Under the pieces are notes generated by a model that was not told the DNA's origin, did not search any database, and saw only the letters and a program-made list of their open reading frames with translations. From NCBI GenBank assembly GCA_028023455.1, contig JAQFVV010000002.1, positions 18,538,001-18,602,000 of the forward strand: a DNA stretch of 64,000 bases, given 5' to 3'. Shown here one piece after another: positions 26,455-38,229 of this stretch. Source of the DNA: Epiperipatus broadwayi. Its lineage: Eukaryota; Animalia; Onychophora. Position 1 is the first letter of the stretch, and the number at the start of each line of letters is the position of its first letter. The position numbers and the translations under genes were made by a program.

Positions 26455-27159
26455 CAAAAAAATATATTTAAAAAAACTGTTGCAAACTTCATGCCATCTG
26501 ATTTAGATTTTTTTTTTCATTTTGCTACAGACTATAAAAAATAAAATAACAGCTTTCTTTCTTCTAATAAAATAAAAATATATTGCTCTTAGTAATTAAA
26601 CATATTATATACTTATATTTTTTTTCTTTAATTTTAGTTGAAAATGTATGTATATATTAATTTATTTACTATATTGTGTTTATTATTTTTTAAAAATATA
26701 TATGTTTTCAGGGTTAATACAAATATTCCATAAGTAAATCTTAATTCTCACTAAAACAATAAAGTCTAATGATCATGACAATTTAAAAAGCTCTTTATTT
26801 TATCTAGATAACAGACATTTTGAAATGAATAGATTCTAACTATAATAAAATTTTCAAGAGAACCTTTTTTTATTATTAAATGTTTAGCAATATTCAAAAG
26901 TTTTTCCAGCCTTTACAATTTTCCTCCTATTTAAGTATATATATCTTATCCATTCTGTTTTAGAGTATGAAAAGAATTAAAAAATCTCACACAGCTTTTC
27001 CACTGATAGATATAAGCATGTCATATGGGTGGTACTGCAACCATCTTCAACTTGATGCCAATCTTTTGCAGCTACAAATAATCTGTCTGCCAGTTTTGTG
27101 TCCAGATGATAAAAAACTGGAACTACAATATATATTGATTTACAGTTTAAAAGAACATT

Positions 27160-27730
27160 TGTGAGAATATTTCCAAGTGTTCTTTTTTATTGACTTTTAA
27201 AAAAAAACTTTGGACATAGGGATATTTTCTTTTAGTATCAAGTTATTTCTACCAAAAGCACTCCAACCAAGTTTAATTCTGTAATTAATTTCATCCATTA
27301 TGTTTCCATCTGTATTAATAATCTGACCAAGGTATTTGTAACTGTTAAATTCTTCTAACTCATCATAATCAATCTTTATTTTTATATTTTGAGAAAATCC
27401 ATTAAACATTACTTCAGTTTTTTAACATTTATCTTTAGTCTTATTCTCATCTGATAACTCCTGCAACATTTCCTGCCACTCTAAAGCATTATTTGCAAAA
27501 ACAACTACTTCATCTGCAAAAATCTAAATGACTTAAATAATCTCCATTAACTTTCAGTCCTTTAGCTTCCCATTTTAATCCACAAAATACTTCTTGCAGC
27601 ACTGCTGTAAAAAGTTTTGGAGACATGGAGTCACCCTGTCTTACACCCTTATCAATGTTGACTTTCCTAATATTATTATGTAATCTAATACAATGTATAA
27701 ATTGAAAATATCTTTATGTAATAAACCTAA
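27160..27730 (-). mobile_element. RTE-clade LINE reverse transcriptase fragment
   Basis: NIDKGVRQGDSMSPKLFTAVL and YKYLGQ...DEINYRIKLGWSAFG. Confidence 0.85.
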
Positions 27731-27749
27731 ATACAATTGCTGTGTCTGA

Positions 27750-30700
27750 AGGACAAATATAAAAACAAAAAAGCAAATAAATATATTTTATTAAATATAT
27801 TTAATTGTAATTGTTTACAATTACAGATACATATCCAACAGTTTATATTTCTTAAATCCACACCTGGGTATACTGAACGTGGAATGAAGTAGTGGAAGTC
27901 AAAAGTAAAAGATCTTATAAAGGGTTTTGATGAATGTTTGATTATTAGGATACGATGTGATTCAATTGCTGAATTATTTTGTGGTTTAAATTTATGCATT
28001 TGATTACCTGTATTGGTAAGTAGATTATTCTGGAACAGTACTTCAGTATACATAAGAACACATATTTTTATGTAAAAATGAATTTTACAAATGTTCTTTA
28101 TGAAATAATTAATTTTATTAGTAGCTCTGTTTTTAGATGATAATCAGAGTGGTTAAAAAAGTTTGGTTTTTATTCTCCACTATAGTTAACTGGAGATCAG
28201 TTTAGTATATTCAATCACTGCAATAACACAATCCCATGTTACTTAGAATGATTTTGGACCATAGTTATTAAGACAATTTTTAGAAATTAATTCTATGGAA
28301 TACTTGGGAATATGATCCAAATATTCTAAGGTCAACTTTATCATCACAAACATATCCTTTTGTTGAATACTAAGCCCATGTTTGAGAAAAAGTTATTCAA
28401 GCTTATGGATATACAATTAAATATTAGCATGAGATTCGTATATTATTAGTTAAGTCGACTCTCTTGTAATGTGTTTCATTCTTTAATACATTCTACCATC
28501 AGTTGTCAGAAAATAAATTGTCTTTTTAATATATAAAAAGCTATTAAGTAAATCAAAATTACTATTTACTCAAGATAATTTCTGCATTTAGTCTATGCCT
28601 CAAACCAATATTTTCTCTATGAATGTTGCACTAACAGTATTCTAAACATCCAAAGAATTATAGTGGGGGAAAAAGAGCTTTTACTAATAATAAAATAAGT
28701 TGGACTTCGATTTTGATAGATATCTCTACAGCCTCATTAATGGCTTCTGATTTACATAGTTGTGTATTCACAAATCAAAAAACATAGTTAATGGTTATCT
28801 AGTCTGTACCCACAATGGCAGAATTAAAGATTTAATAAAATTATTAGGAAATCTATTATCTGGTTGAAAATTTTTATTATAATGTTTATTAATCAAAATA
28901 ATATTAAAAAAAAAAAAAACATTTGTGCAAGTTGATCTAAATAGCAGAAGTTAGAAAGCTATTCTATAGTTATTTTCGAATATTTGTAATAAATTAATTT
29001 TATTTCTAAATAAATAAATTATTTCTGTAACAATAATGAAGAAGGATTCCATGAGAAAGAGGTTGGAAATATAAACATCTCACATCATATTATTTTCAGT
29101 CAACAAACTGATATATGAACTAACACAAAATTTTTATCACCAAATCTAATAATGATTAGATATCCATTCACTGATGGATGAATACTGGATTGCTGAAATA
29201 TCTAGAAAAGAATTTTACACCTGCCAAGATTGATCTAACTGGACTCAAATATCAAAGAGCAGCTGGAAGTTGCATTTACTTAATCCTTACACTACGAGTT
29301 CCATTTCAGTTGTGTATTACAATAGTATTTTGAAGTTGTATTTTTCTGGATTGTTCTAACTACAGCAAGTTTGTTTTAAATATTTCATGTTAGAAAATAT
29401 TAAAAAAAGATTTATAAATACTACTTACTCATAAATACTATTCACTTATATTTTTCACCGTTATAGAATGAATATCATAATTCTAAAACATTCTGAATAA
29501 TAAAAAAAATTATTTTGAAAAGTACTATTTAATTATAACATGCAATCTTGGCATTTGAGTTTCTCTTGTGATAAATCTCATAATTCTGGACGCTATTACT
29601 TGAGGCATCTTTCAGAAAAATGTCTAAATGCATTCATCAAAGATTAAAAGAATTATAAATCTTCTCTGGGATAAATGATTCTTCTTGATCATGGCGGCTT
29701 GTTACGAGTTTTATCGGCACAGCAATTACTTCATGTCAAAACCAGTGATAGAAATGAATATAGATTAATACTGTTAGAAATCTTTTAAGATACTTTAATT
29801 TAGCACTTCTTAATTAAAAATACACCACGAATTTTAATATATATTTTTAAAACTTTATTGATAAAAAAAAGGTTGACATTATTCGAGAATTCGTACGGGA
29901 ATGACATCAGCACCATCTATAGAAAAGGTTACATTTTATAATACAATCATTTTAATAAAATTTTTATAAATCAGGGTAATAATGCTCATTTGACTAATCT
30001 ACATTAATCTGGCTTCATTATCCTGATAAAGAATATGATCTAAATACATATATGCCTAAATTGCATGGCAGCTGGATTGCTCTGTATTGTATGTTTTCTG
30101 AAAAAAACTTATACTGCTTGGGAATTAAATTTCCCAAAGTTCATCTGGCCAAGACTTGGACTCCAAGTCGAAAGCACGATAGGCAATTGTAATAAACACT
30201 ATACCACAAAATGCCTACCCAATCTAACAAATGGCTATCAATATTTACATTATTTTTTCAAACCTTTATATTCACGTAAAGATTTTCTTCACTAATGCAT
30301 CTTTTAAATTTAATACTGCAGCCATCAATAAAAACGATTAATTGATTGCAATTTTTAAACACTAAATTTAAAACTATACAGCCAAAATCTAATATAAGTA
30401 ATGCGATTATCCTTGACAGCGATTAGTCTCCACTACTTTTTAAATATATAGTGACATAATAGAATGATTTATTGCTCGCAAGTTCGGGCGTCGGAAATGA
30501 TAAACTGAAGTCGCTATCGATGAATCTTGAACTTTAGAGCCCACTAGTTTACCACTGCACGAAACTATGAAGGGCCTGATTATAATAAAAATATGAATTA
30601 CAATAATGAAAATAATTTTAATATAATGCATTAGTTGTATGTATTCAAAGTTTAGTTATTTCCTGTTAACAATGTATTTTACTCTTTCAAAAGCTTGGAG

Positions 30701-30800
30701 GTAAAAAACTCTTTTAACAGAAATCTTTTAGTTTTCAGGACATGTGAATAATTTATATAGCATATTATATATTGATTGTTTTATTTTTGCTGTAGCTTCT
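27750..30800 (-). pseudogene. Possible endogenous viral L polymerase relic, block 2 (motif C to capping domain)
   Basis: Scattered motif-like peptides in roughly the expected order: NNQYIIC (30760-30780), LSRII (~30410), IQLPCNLG (30055-30077), LMSFPYE (~29900), CS...GRCKI (~29240); very degraded. Confidence 0.3.
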
Positions 30801-31424
30801 GGAAGATTTCACAGGTTTGGCGACAGGATCAATACCATAATATCATGTTTGGTAATGAGTTCTCTTCCAATAATTAGACAAGAAATGCTTCTAGCTCAAG
30901 CTCCCCGCAAGCCTACTTTTTCCATTGCTGATGAGAATAATCAATTAGTTAAGTTGCCACTTCAACAGCTATAGACATTTATTAAACACTGCTAAAAAGA
31001 AAATTGGGCAGGAGTTAAATAAAAGACTTGTCAATGTGGACACAGGGTCACGAGATTGAAAATTTCTTAAAAATACGATTTTTTTTTCTTCTTATCTACG
31101 ACATTTGGTGAAGTGCAGCAAACCATGTAAAAACGTTTTCTTTTTTTTTAAAAAAAAAAAAGATTGCAATAATAAAATATATATTAAATTTTGTTTGTAT
31201 ATTTTAACAGAATTTTATATTTACAGAATAAACATAAATAGTTAATAAAGCATTCTCTCAATGTATACACATAAAGGATCACATTTGCTTGCTAAAGCAC
31301 ATGACCTGGGATTTAAATCAGGGCAGGTGCAGCTTGTAATTTTTTTTTTTGGATTCCAAGCAAGCTTAGGATTTCTCTCTCAGATATCTGACCCATTTAT
31401 TTGTCAGTAATAAAAATCAAAAAA

Positions 31425-31460
31425 AGTCTTCACCAGCTGGCAGCTGATTAGCACGTGACT
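31425..31460. promoter_or_regulatory. E-box cluster in a CpG-retaining region
   Basis: caccagctggcagctgattagcacgtgactaatc: two CAGCTG and one CACGTG embedded in the quasi-palindrome gattag-cacgtg-a-ctaatc. Confidence 0.3.
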
Positions 31461-31963
31461 AATCCCAACACTTGCTGAAGAATTTGTTGCCCTGCAGTGA
31501 ACTTTATTTAAAGGGTGACTTTAGTGAAAAAAAAGCGATTGTTAAAACAAAACGTAAATAAAATATTCGATTATTATAAATGTAAATTATTTCAATCACA
31601 GTAATAATGAAAAGTGCTAAAAAACATTAAAAATGTATACTCGAAGACTTCATCTCATTTCTTAAGATGTAATCCAATATCACATATTACGTAGCTCCGC
31701 ATTTATATACACTGAGACTTAAAATTTTTATTTGTTACTATTATTTTTAGGTAATGTTTATCATGAAATGAAATTATAGATTCACGGATTACATCTTTTA
31801 TTAAACAATAGACACAGGTCTAAACTTTATTTTTTATACTAGAAGATGGAATAGGTGAAACATGCATCATTAAAAGAAATGGATGGTGAGATTGTTCAAA
31901 CTCATCAACTTTTATTACTCTGTCATTGTCCAATACAGTTAGTAAGTCATAGAATAAATAGTA

Positions 31964-32420
31964 TTAAAACAGGCAAAACTCCATACAGTAGTGCCACTCA
32001 GTGCAATCCAAAGTAATGAATGGATGCCAGAAAGTTTTTGCATAAAATCCCTACCTAGCCCCTACTCATCCAATATCCCCAGACTAGTTTCTAGCTTGTG
32101 ACTTTCATCAGTGAGGAGCCTTTGATCTGAGAGCACTGTACCTAGTGCAGTGCTCAGATCCAAGACTCCTCACTGATGAAAGCCACAAGCTAGAAACAGG
32201 TGGTGCTCTCGGATACAAGGCTCCTTACTGACAAAAGCCACAAGCTAGAAACTAGTCTGGGGATATTGGATGAGTAGGCACTAGGTAGGGATTTTATGCA
32301 CAGCCTTTTGGCATCCATTGATTATTCTGGTTTGCATTGAATGGCACTACTGTATGGAGAGTTTTGACTCTTTTAATAACAGTTATGAGTAAGTATAAGA
32401 AATGGTGATCATGTGATGTT
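31964..32420. mobile_element. Family A copy A5: ~400 bp fold-back palindrome plus 3' tail
   Basis: Arms 31964-32143 and 32144-32375 centred on CTAG; tail 32376-32420; 14 bp TSD tagaataaatagta at 31950-31963 and 32421-32434. Confidence 0.95.
32076..32117 (-). ncRNA. Minimal type I hammerhead ribozyme (intact)
   Basis: UCCUCA CUGAUGA A-AGU-CACAA-GCU-A GAAAC-UA-GUC/UGGGGA. Confidence 0.85.
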
Positions 32421-32689
32421 TAGAATAAATAGTACTAAGATGAAATATTGTTTCTGCTTATATATACAGAATCCAGTCTATCAAATGCCTTGCCAGATAA
32501 GAAAATGACTATCATATATGAGGATTAAAAGTGAATAATCACTAAAAATCAAAAACAACACAATCTGTCGTCACAATTATCTGACAGTTCTCAACTAAAA
32601 TATGAATAATTTTAAAAAAAAATAGATTTATGATCATGTTAGACAAAACTAATTTATGATCTTTATTCCTAACAGGGAGTAAAATGGCC

Positions 32690-34230
32690 AAAAATAACAA
32701 TAGTTAATGACTGAAAGCAAAGAATGCCAAGGATCTTCTGAATGCAGATCCAGGGTGCCAAACATGGACAACCTTTAATTTAAGTATTTAGAACTGCAGA
32801 TCACTCAAGTGAAGAGAAGATTGCACAATTTGGGAAAGAATTGTTTAATATTAAATGGGATATTATTGGAGTTTGTGAAGTCTGAGGAAAAGGCACAAAT
32901 ATTGGAAGCATAAATGAAAAGAGATTCATTTATAAATAAACAATAGAGATTAATGATATATTACAGTGAGTTGCAATATTAGTTATTCAGTATAATGGAA
33001 GACACAAATGCAAATAATTCAGTTTTATGTCCCAGTAAAGAATTTTTATATGATATACAAAATAACTTTTATCAAATAAAACAACACTTCAAAGTTGTCA
33101 TGAGAGACTTTAATGTTAGAATTTGTAAACTATTGAAAGGTGAAAATGTTGTGAATAAATTTGGTTATAATGTTCGAAATGAAAGAGGACATAGACCATG
33201 CGAGTTTGCAAAGAATACAATTTTTATTTGAAAAAAATGCTAGGCAGAAATTGATATGGAAGAATCCGAATCTTGCAAATTGTTTTAAAATATTAACAAA
33301 TGTTGAAGATGGTTCAGACAGGAATTAAATCAATGAGAAAATAATGGAGACTTTATTAAAGAATGCGACCAAAGGAAAAATTGATAAAAAAAAAAGGAAT
33401 CAATTCATCAGTAAATTTTCCATTAAGTTAAGGTAATATATGAAAAAAGAAGAAATATAAAAATATTAAAAAAATTAACTATTTAAAAGAATTGAATATT
33501 AAGGGGTTTGTAAAATGATATGAAAAAGTTAATAATGATATAAAAAATGTAATTGTGAATTAACAATAAAAGTTATAGAAGAGAATAAAAGTCTCAAAAG
33601 TTTAAACCAAAATCTTGGTATTTGAAGAAAAGTTGTTTCAGCAATAAGGAGGAAAAAATTAACTATTACTAAAAAGAAAGATGACATCATGAAACATGGA
33701 AAAGTTCTAAACAAATTACATAGAAATAATGAAAAAATATTTCATTATTTCTTTCATCTTATGAATTGACAAGTGGTTTACGTGAAAAGATGAGACAATT
33801 AAATCTACAAAGAAGAAAGAAGCTCCATGAAATGATGTAATTATTATTGATATTTTAAAAGAAGCAGATGATTTAAAAAACAATATTGGCAAAGTTATAT
33901 ATCAAATGTCTAAATGATAAAAAAAGATCGGAAGAATACAATAGTAATCTTGACATTTAAAAAGAATAAAAAAGATATTAGAAATTACAGATCTATAATT
34001 CTTCTATAATTTCTACATAAAATCTTTACCAAGATAATTATAACACATTTACGAAGAATTTTGTATTTTAATCAATGAAAAAAATATGTATGTCAAGTGA
34101 TTTCAGCAGAATGGATCACATCCAAGTATTGTAAGAAGTTATAGAAAGGACTAATGAATTTAAATTGCAATATGAAAAGGCATTTGATTCTATAAGCATT
34201 TCTACACTATTTAAAACGTATCATCAACAT
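32690..34230 (+). mobile_element. Decayed RTE-clade LINE (APE endonuclease plus start of RT)
   Basis: ELFNIKWDIIGVCEV, DFNVRI...GYNVRNERG and YEKAFDSI segments; many stops. Confidence 0.8.
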
Positions 34231-34781
34231 ATGGACCTCGGATATTATATTTTGAAATGTAATAACATTGATTACATTGCATTATACTTCCTGTGCACTC
34301 AATAATATATATATATATATAAAGTATAATTACAACTCTACAATTGGTTATAGATTTTCCAGTTAACTCACTGTAAATTGCAAGATTTTGTGAAGGTTAA
34401 TTAGTAAAGGAAATAGTGGACTTAAACAGTGAGGAGAACAACAACTTCACACTCCCAAATCAGGATGCTTCAGAGTGACTTATATAAGTAGAAATTTATG
34501 TTAAAGATAAGATGGCCGCTCACATCTTTATAAAAGTCGCTATCTTGTGTCATGGTTGGTGAGGTCCCTCTATCAGCAATATAATATTGCTTGACTATTA
34601 AAAATTTTAAGGCACGTTTGTTACAGGTTAAAGCCTGTTTAAGTATTTACATATACTTCATGTGCGCTCAATAAAATAGAATTGCAACTCTATTATCATA
34701 TAAGGGTGTATAACAGGTAATTTTGTAGATAAAAATGGGAAGGAAGTAAAAGTAAATGTAGATTATTCCAATCATCTAGAT

Positions 34782-35241
34782 CAGAGTCAGAAAACTTTTT
34801 ACCACAAAGAACCATGTTGTTTAAACCCTCCCATTAAAGAACTGCAAGGAAAGAGATGGAAAATACAAATTTTTGAATGGTTGTGGATATATTTGAACAT
34901 TTATTATAGTAAAAGAATCTCAGTACATCCTAACAAAAATAAAAATTCTCTTAAAAATAAATAAATAAATAAAAAGAAAAAATTATTTTAACAGTGTGAT
35001 TTATTCAGAAGTTTCTAATATTTAACTATTAACCATATACAATAATTACTATCTATAATAAGACTGAATTCAAGAAACACCATTGTAATGTGCATTTTTT
35101 CCTCTCCTAGGGTAAACAAAATATTTATTTACAAATAAGATGAAATAAAAAATGTGTTTATGTTTATCTTGAGAAAAAGAGCCACAAGATTGGGATCAAA
35201 TAGCCACATTTATTAAGTGAGCTACAATTTGCTGACCCCTG
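34782..35241. mobile_element. Non-autonomous hAT element (MITE)
   Basis: Degenerate TIRs cagagtcagaaaac / tttgctgacccctg; exact 8 bp TSD atctagat at 34774-34781 and 35242-35249. Confidence 0.8.
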
Positions 35242-35379
35242 ATCTAGATTTTACTGCTGATGTTGCAAAAAAAAGGCTTCAGGGTTTCAGGAAATGTTAC
35301 AAAAATTTTCAGGCAAAGGTAAGACTAAAGTTAAATGATAAAAAAATTAATGTTCAATGGATTTTTTCAGAAGAAAGTA

Positions 35380-36430
35380 AGGAATGATAAACATGAATTA
35401 TAAAAAGTTAACGTTGGTAAGATTATTAATACAGATGAAACATAATGAATGAAATTAATGATAGAATTAAACTTGAAGCGAGTGTATTTGGTAAAAATAA
35501 TATTAAAAAGAAATATGTTTATGTATTTGAAAATGAAAATATTTAATAAATGCTTTACTAATTCTTTAATATCAATCTTAGACTCAGATACTTAATAAAA
35601 GAAGAGTTTAGAAGCTTCAGATGACTCAACAAAGTAGAAGAGATGTATATTAAGAGTAACAGAGTTCAAAATGAAATATATAGGTAAGAAAACAAACCGG
35701 TATTAATGGCATCATTGAATAAATTATGAAACTCAAATAGAGCTAAGTTGGACATATTGCTAGAATATATGATAATAGATGAAAAGATGATAGATACCAA
35801 GAGATTATAAAAGACCTAGCAAGAGACCACATGTGAAATGAAGGGATAAAATAAAAAAAAATTGCAGTTGTGTTGTGGAAAAAAGAGGCTAAGCATTGGA
35901 GACAGATGAAAAGTTGATAGATACCAAGAGATTACAAAAGACCTAGAAAGAGACCACATGTGAAATGGGTGGATAAAATAAAAAAAATTTGCAGTTGTGT
36001 TGTGGAGAAAAGAGGCTAAGCATTGGAGACATGAAAAGTTGATAGATACCAAGAGATTATAAAAGACCTAGAAAGAGACCACATGTGAAATGGATGAATA
36101 AAAAAAATTGCAGTTCTGTTGTGGAGAAAAGAGGCTAAGCATTGGAGACAGATGAAAAGTTGATAGATACCAAGAGATTGCAAAAAACCTAGAAAGAGAC
36201 CACATGTGAAATGGATGAATAAAATAAAAAAAAAATTGCAGTTGTGTTGTGGAGAAAAGAGGCTGATGGATACCAAGAGATTTAAAAGACCTAGGAAAAG
36301 ACAACATATAAAATAGATGATAAAATAAAGAAGTTTGATGATATGTTATAGAGAAAAGATGTTAAGGATCAAAGACATTGGATTAAATTTTGATAGACCA
36401 TCCTGAAGTGGATCAAAAATGTTTGAAAAT
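35380..36430 (+). mobile_element. RTE LINE 3' fragment
   Basis: EINDRIKL..SVFGK region followed by the AGHIAR...RW 3' segment; homologous to 50430-50690 and 51380-51860. Confidence 0.8.
35785..36330 (+). repeat. Tandem array of ~4.5 copies of a ~125 bp RTE 3'-end unit
   Basis: gataccaagag at 35793, 35920, 36045, 36166 and 36269. Confidence 0.95.
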
Positions 36431-36667
36431 GATGATGATTTGATTGTTTATTAAATATGTATGGACTTGATATTTAAAATGTTTTATTATACTAAGTTAA
36501 ATAATATCAAAGATTTTATTATTTTCTGCTATAACTATTTATCAAGAATTATTTAATTCTTATTCATAGATTAGCAAATAGATCAGTTGAAAAACATTTT
36601 TGAAAAATTCTTTCAAAATACTTCAAATAGAATTGATCAAATCACACAAATATATATATATATGTGC

Positions 36668-36910
36668 AAAGAAACCAAGTCATATACCACATGACCTAAT
36701 TTAAGAAGCTTGGATTTGAAGACATATGGATGTCTAAAAATTTCAGATTTTCTACTTAATAGTTAACCATTAGATAACGTGCTGGGCTTGACCTGGTATT
36801 TTAAATCTAATGCTTGAATATCCTAGCACCTCACTGAGGAATTCAAAAGTAGAAACCAGTCTGGGTTGAGCATATTCTGAAAAGCTTGTTAAGAGCTATT
36901 GGCAAGCTCA
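36668..36910. mobile_element. Family B copy B3 (short inverted arm plus sense arm; stem II decayed)
   Basis: Matches 18850-19045; core acctca ctgagga ... gaaaccagtc tgggtt at 36828-36867; 36668-36711 is the reverse complement of the 18698-18740 segment. Confidence 0.85.
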
Positions 36911-37040
36911 GTAGATAATATATATATATATAGGCGAGTTATTACATATAACTCTCCCACCTGTAAAAAAAATGAATAAAAATGTATGAGTGTGGTTACA
37001 CTTGAAATAAAGAATACTAAATCATAAATGATTCAAATGC

Positions 37041-37311
37041 CAATAAACATCACATGACCACCACTTCTTATGCTTGTGTATAACTGTTTTAAAACAGGCA
37101 AAACTCACTATACATATTGCCACACACAGCAAGCAAGAGTAATCAATGGATGCCAGAAGGCTTATGCATAAAATCCCTATCTAGTGTTTACTCATCCAAT
37201 ATCCCCAGACTAGTTTCTGGCTTGTGGCCTTCATCAGTGAGGAGCATTGGATCTGAGAGCACTGCACCTAGGTCTGTGTGGTAATACATATAATGAGTTT
37301 TGCCTGTTTTA
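37041..37311. mobile_element. Family A copy A6 (tail and long arm on - strand, 40 bp inverted arm)
   Basis: 15 bp TSD aaatgattcaaatgc at 37026-37040 and 37312-37326; both arms share copy-specific variants. Confidence 0.95.
37202..37243 (-). ncRNA. Minimal type I hammerhead ribozyme (best-preserved copy)
   Basis: UCCUCA CUGAUGA A-GGC-CACAA-GCC-A GAAAC-UA-GUC/UGGGGA; predicted cleavage between 37208 and 37207. Confidence 0.9.
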
Positions 37312-38229
37312 AAATGATTCAAATGCTGAATACTGAGAATTTTGTGCAGATGTTCTTAATGTATAAAAAATAACCAAATGGTTTATTGGTCAGAATTTAT
37401 AGGAAATTCAAACCCTAGAAGTGACAAATTTGGCTGTGATAAATGGATTTTGTTTCCAAAGTATGCCATACTACTGCATTAAACTATCCAGGACCAAAAT
37501 AATTGAATGGTTTACTGCTTAATACTTCATAAAAAATTAGAGTACCAAAAATGATAGAGCTGTCCAGGATATATGAAGCTGAGCTCCAAAATCTGTTAAT
37601 CTATAACTGCATCAAACTATCAGACCCTGGATTCTCTCAAAAGGCAAAACCGATGAATGAATATCAAATTTAGTGATATTAAAGCTTGACCAGATTGATA
37701 ATATCTTGGGGGATATAATTGACAAGATTCCAATAGACTAAAAGATGATATACCAAACATATACAGTGCAGTGACACATTTGTAATGTCAACAAGAATAT
37801 CAATAGAGAGAGAGAGAGAATGTCACCAATTTAAAATTATGTATAATTAAATTAAAAGCAATAGATAAAACAATTAAAGAAAGAAAAAAAATAATGATAA
37901 ATGTATAAGCTCTTAATTTTAGCAAAAGAAAAAAAAATTAATGCATATCAAATAAAAACTCAAAAGTATCAGATACAAGAGACATGGAAAACTCTGGTCT
38001 CTAAAAATATGATGAAAAAAAGATTAATGAAACAAACGAACTATTAGCCACAGTGTTAAACCAACATTTAGTTATATCTCTACCATATACACATATCAAC
38101 CTCTTCTTTCTTTACAAATTTTGATTCACAATGCATTCACTATATAGGTGTATATATATATATGAATAGATGAAAGCAGTCCACACCTAAATAATACTCA
38201 TATCAATAACAATCAACAATTTCAATCTG

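Noticed and set aside
31964-32420. Interpreting family A as a class II MITE
   Set aside because: Ends are asymmetric (tail on one side only), arm lengths and centres vary, TSDs are 7-15 bp and variable, and an HHR is embedded; all point to retrotransposition
35785-36330. CRISPR-like array
   Set aside because: Whole units repeat with no unique spacers; the sequence is the RTE 3' end in a eukaryotic context
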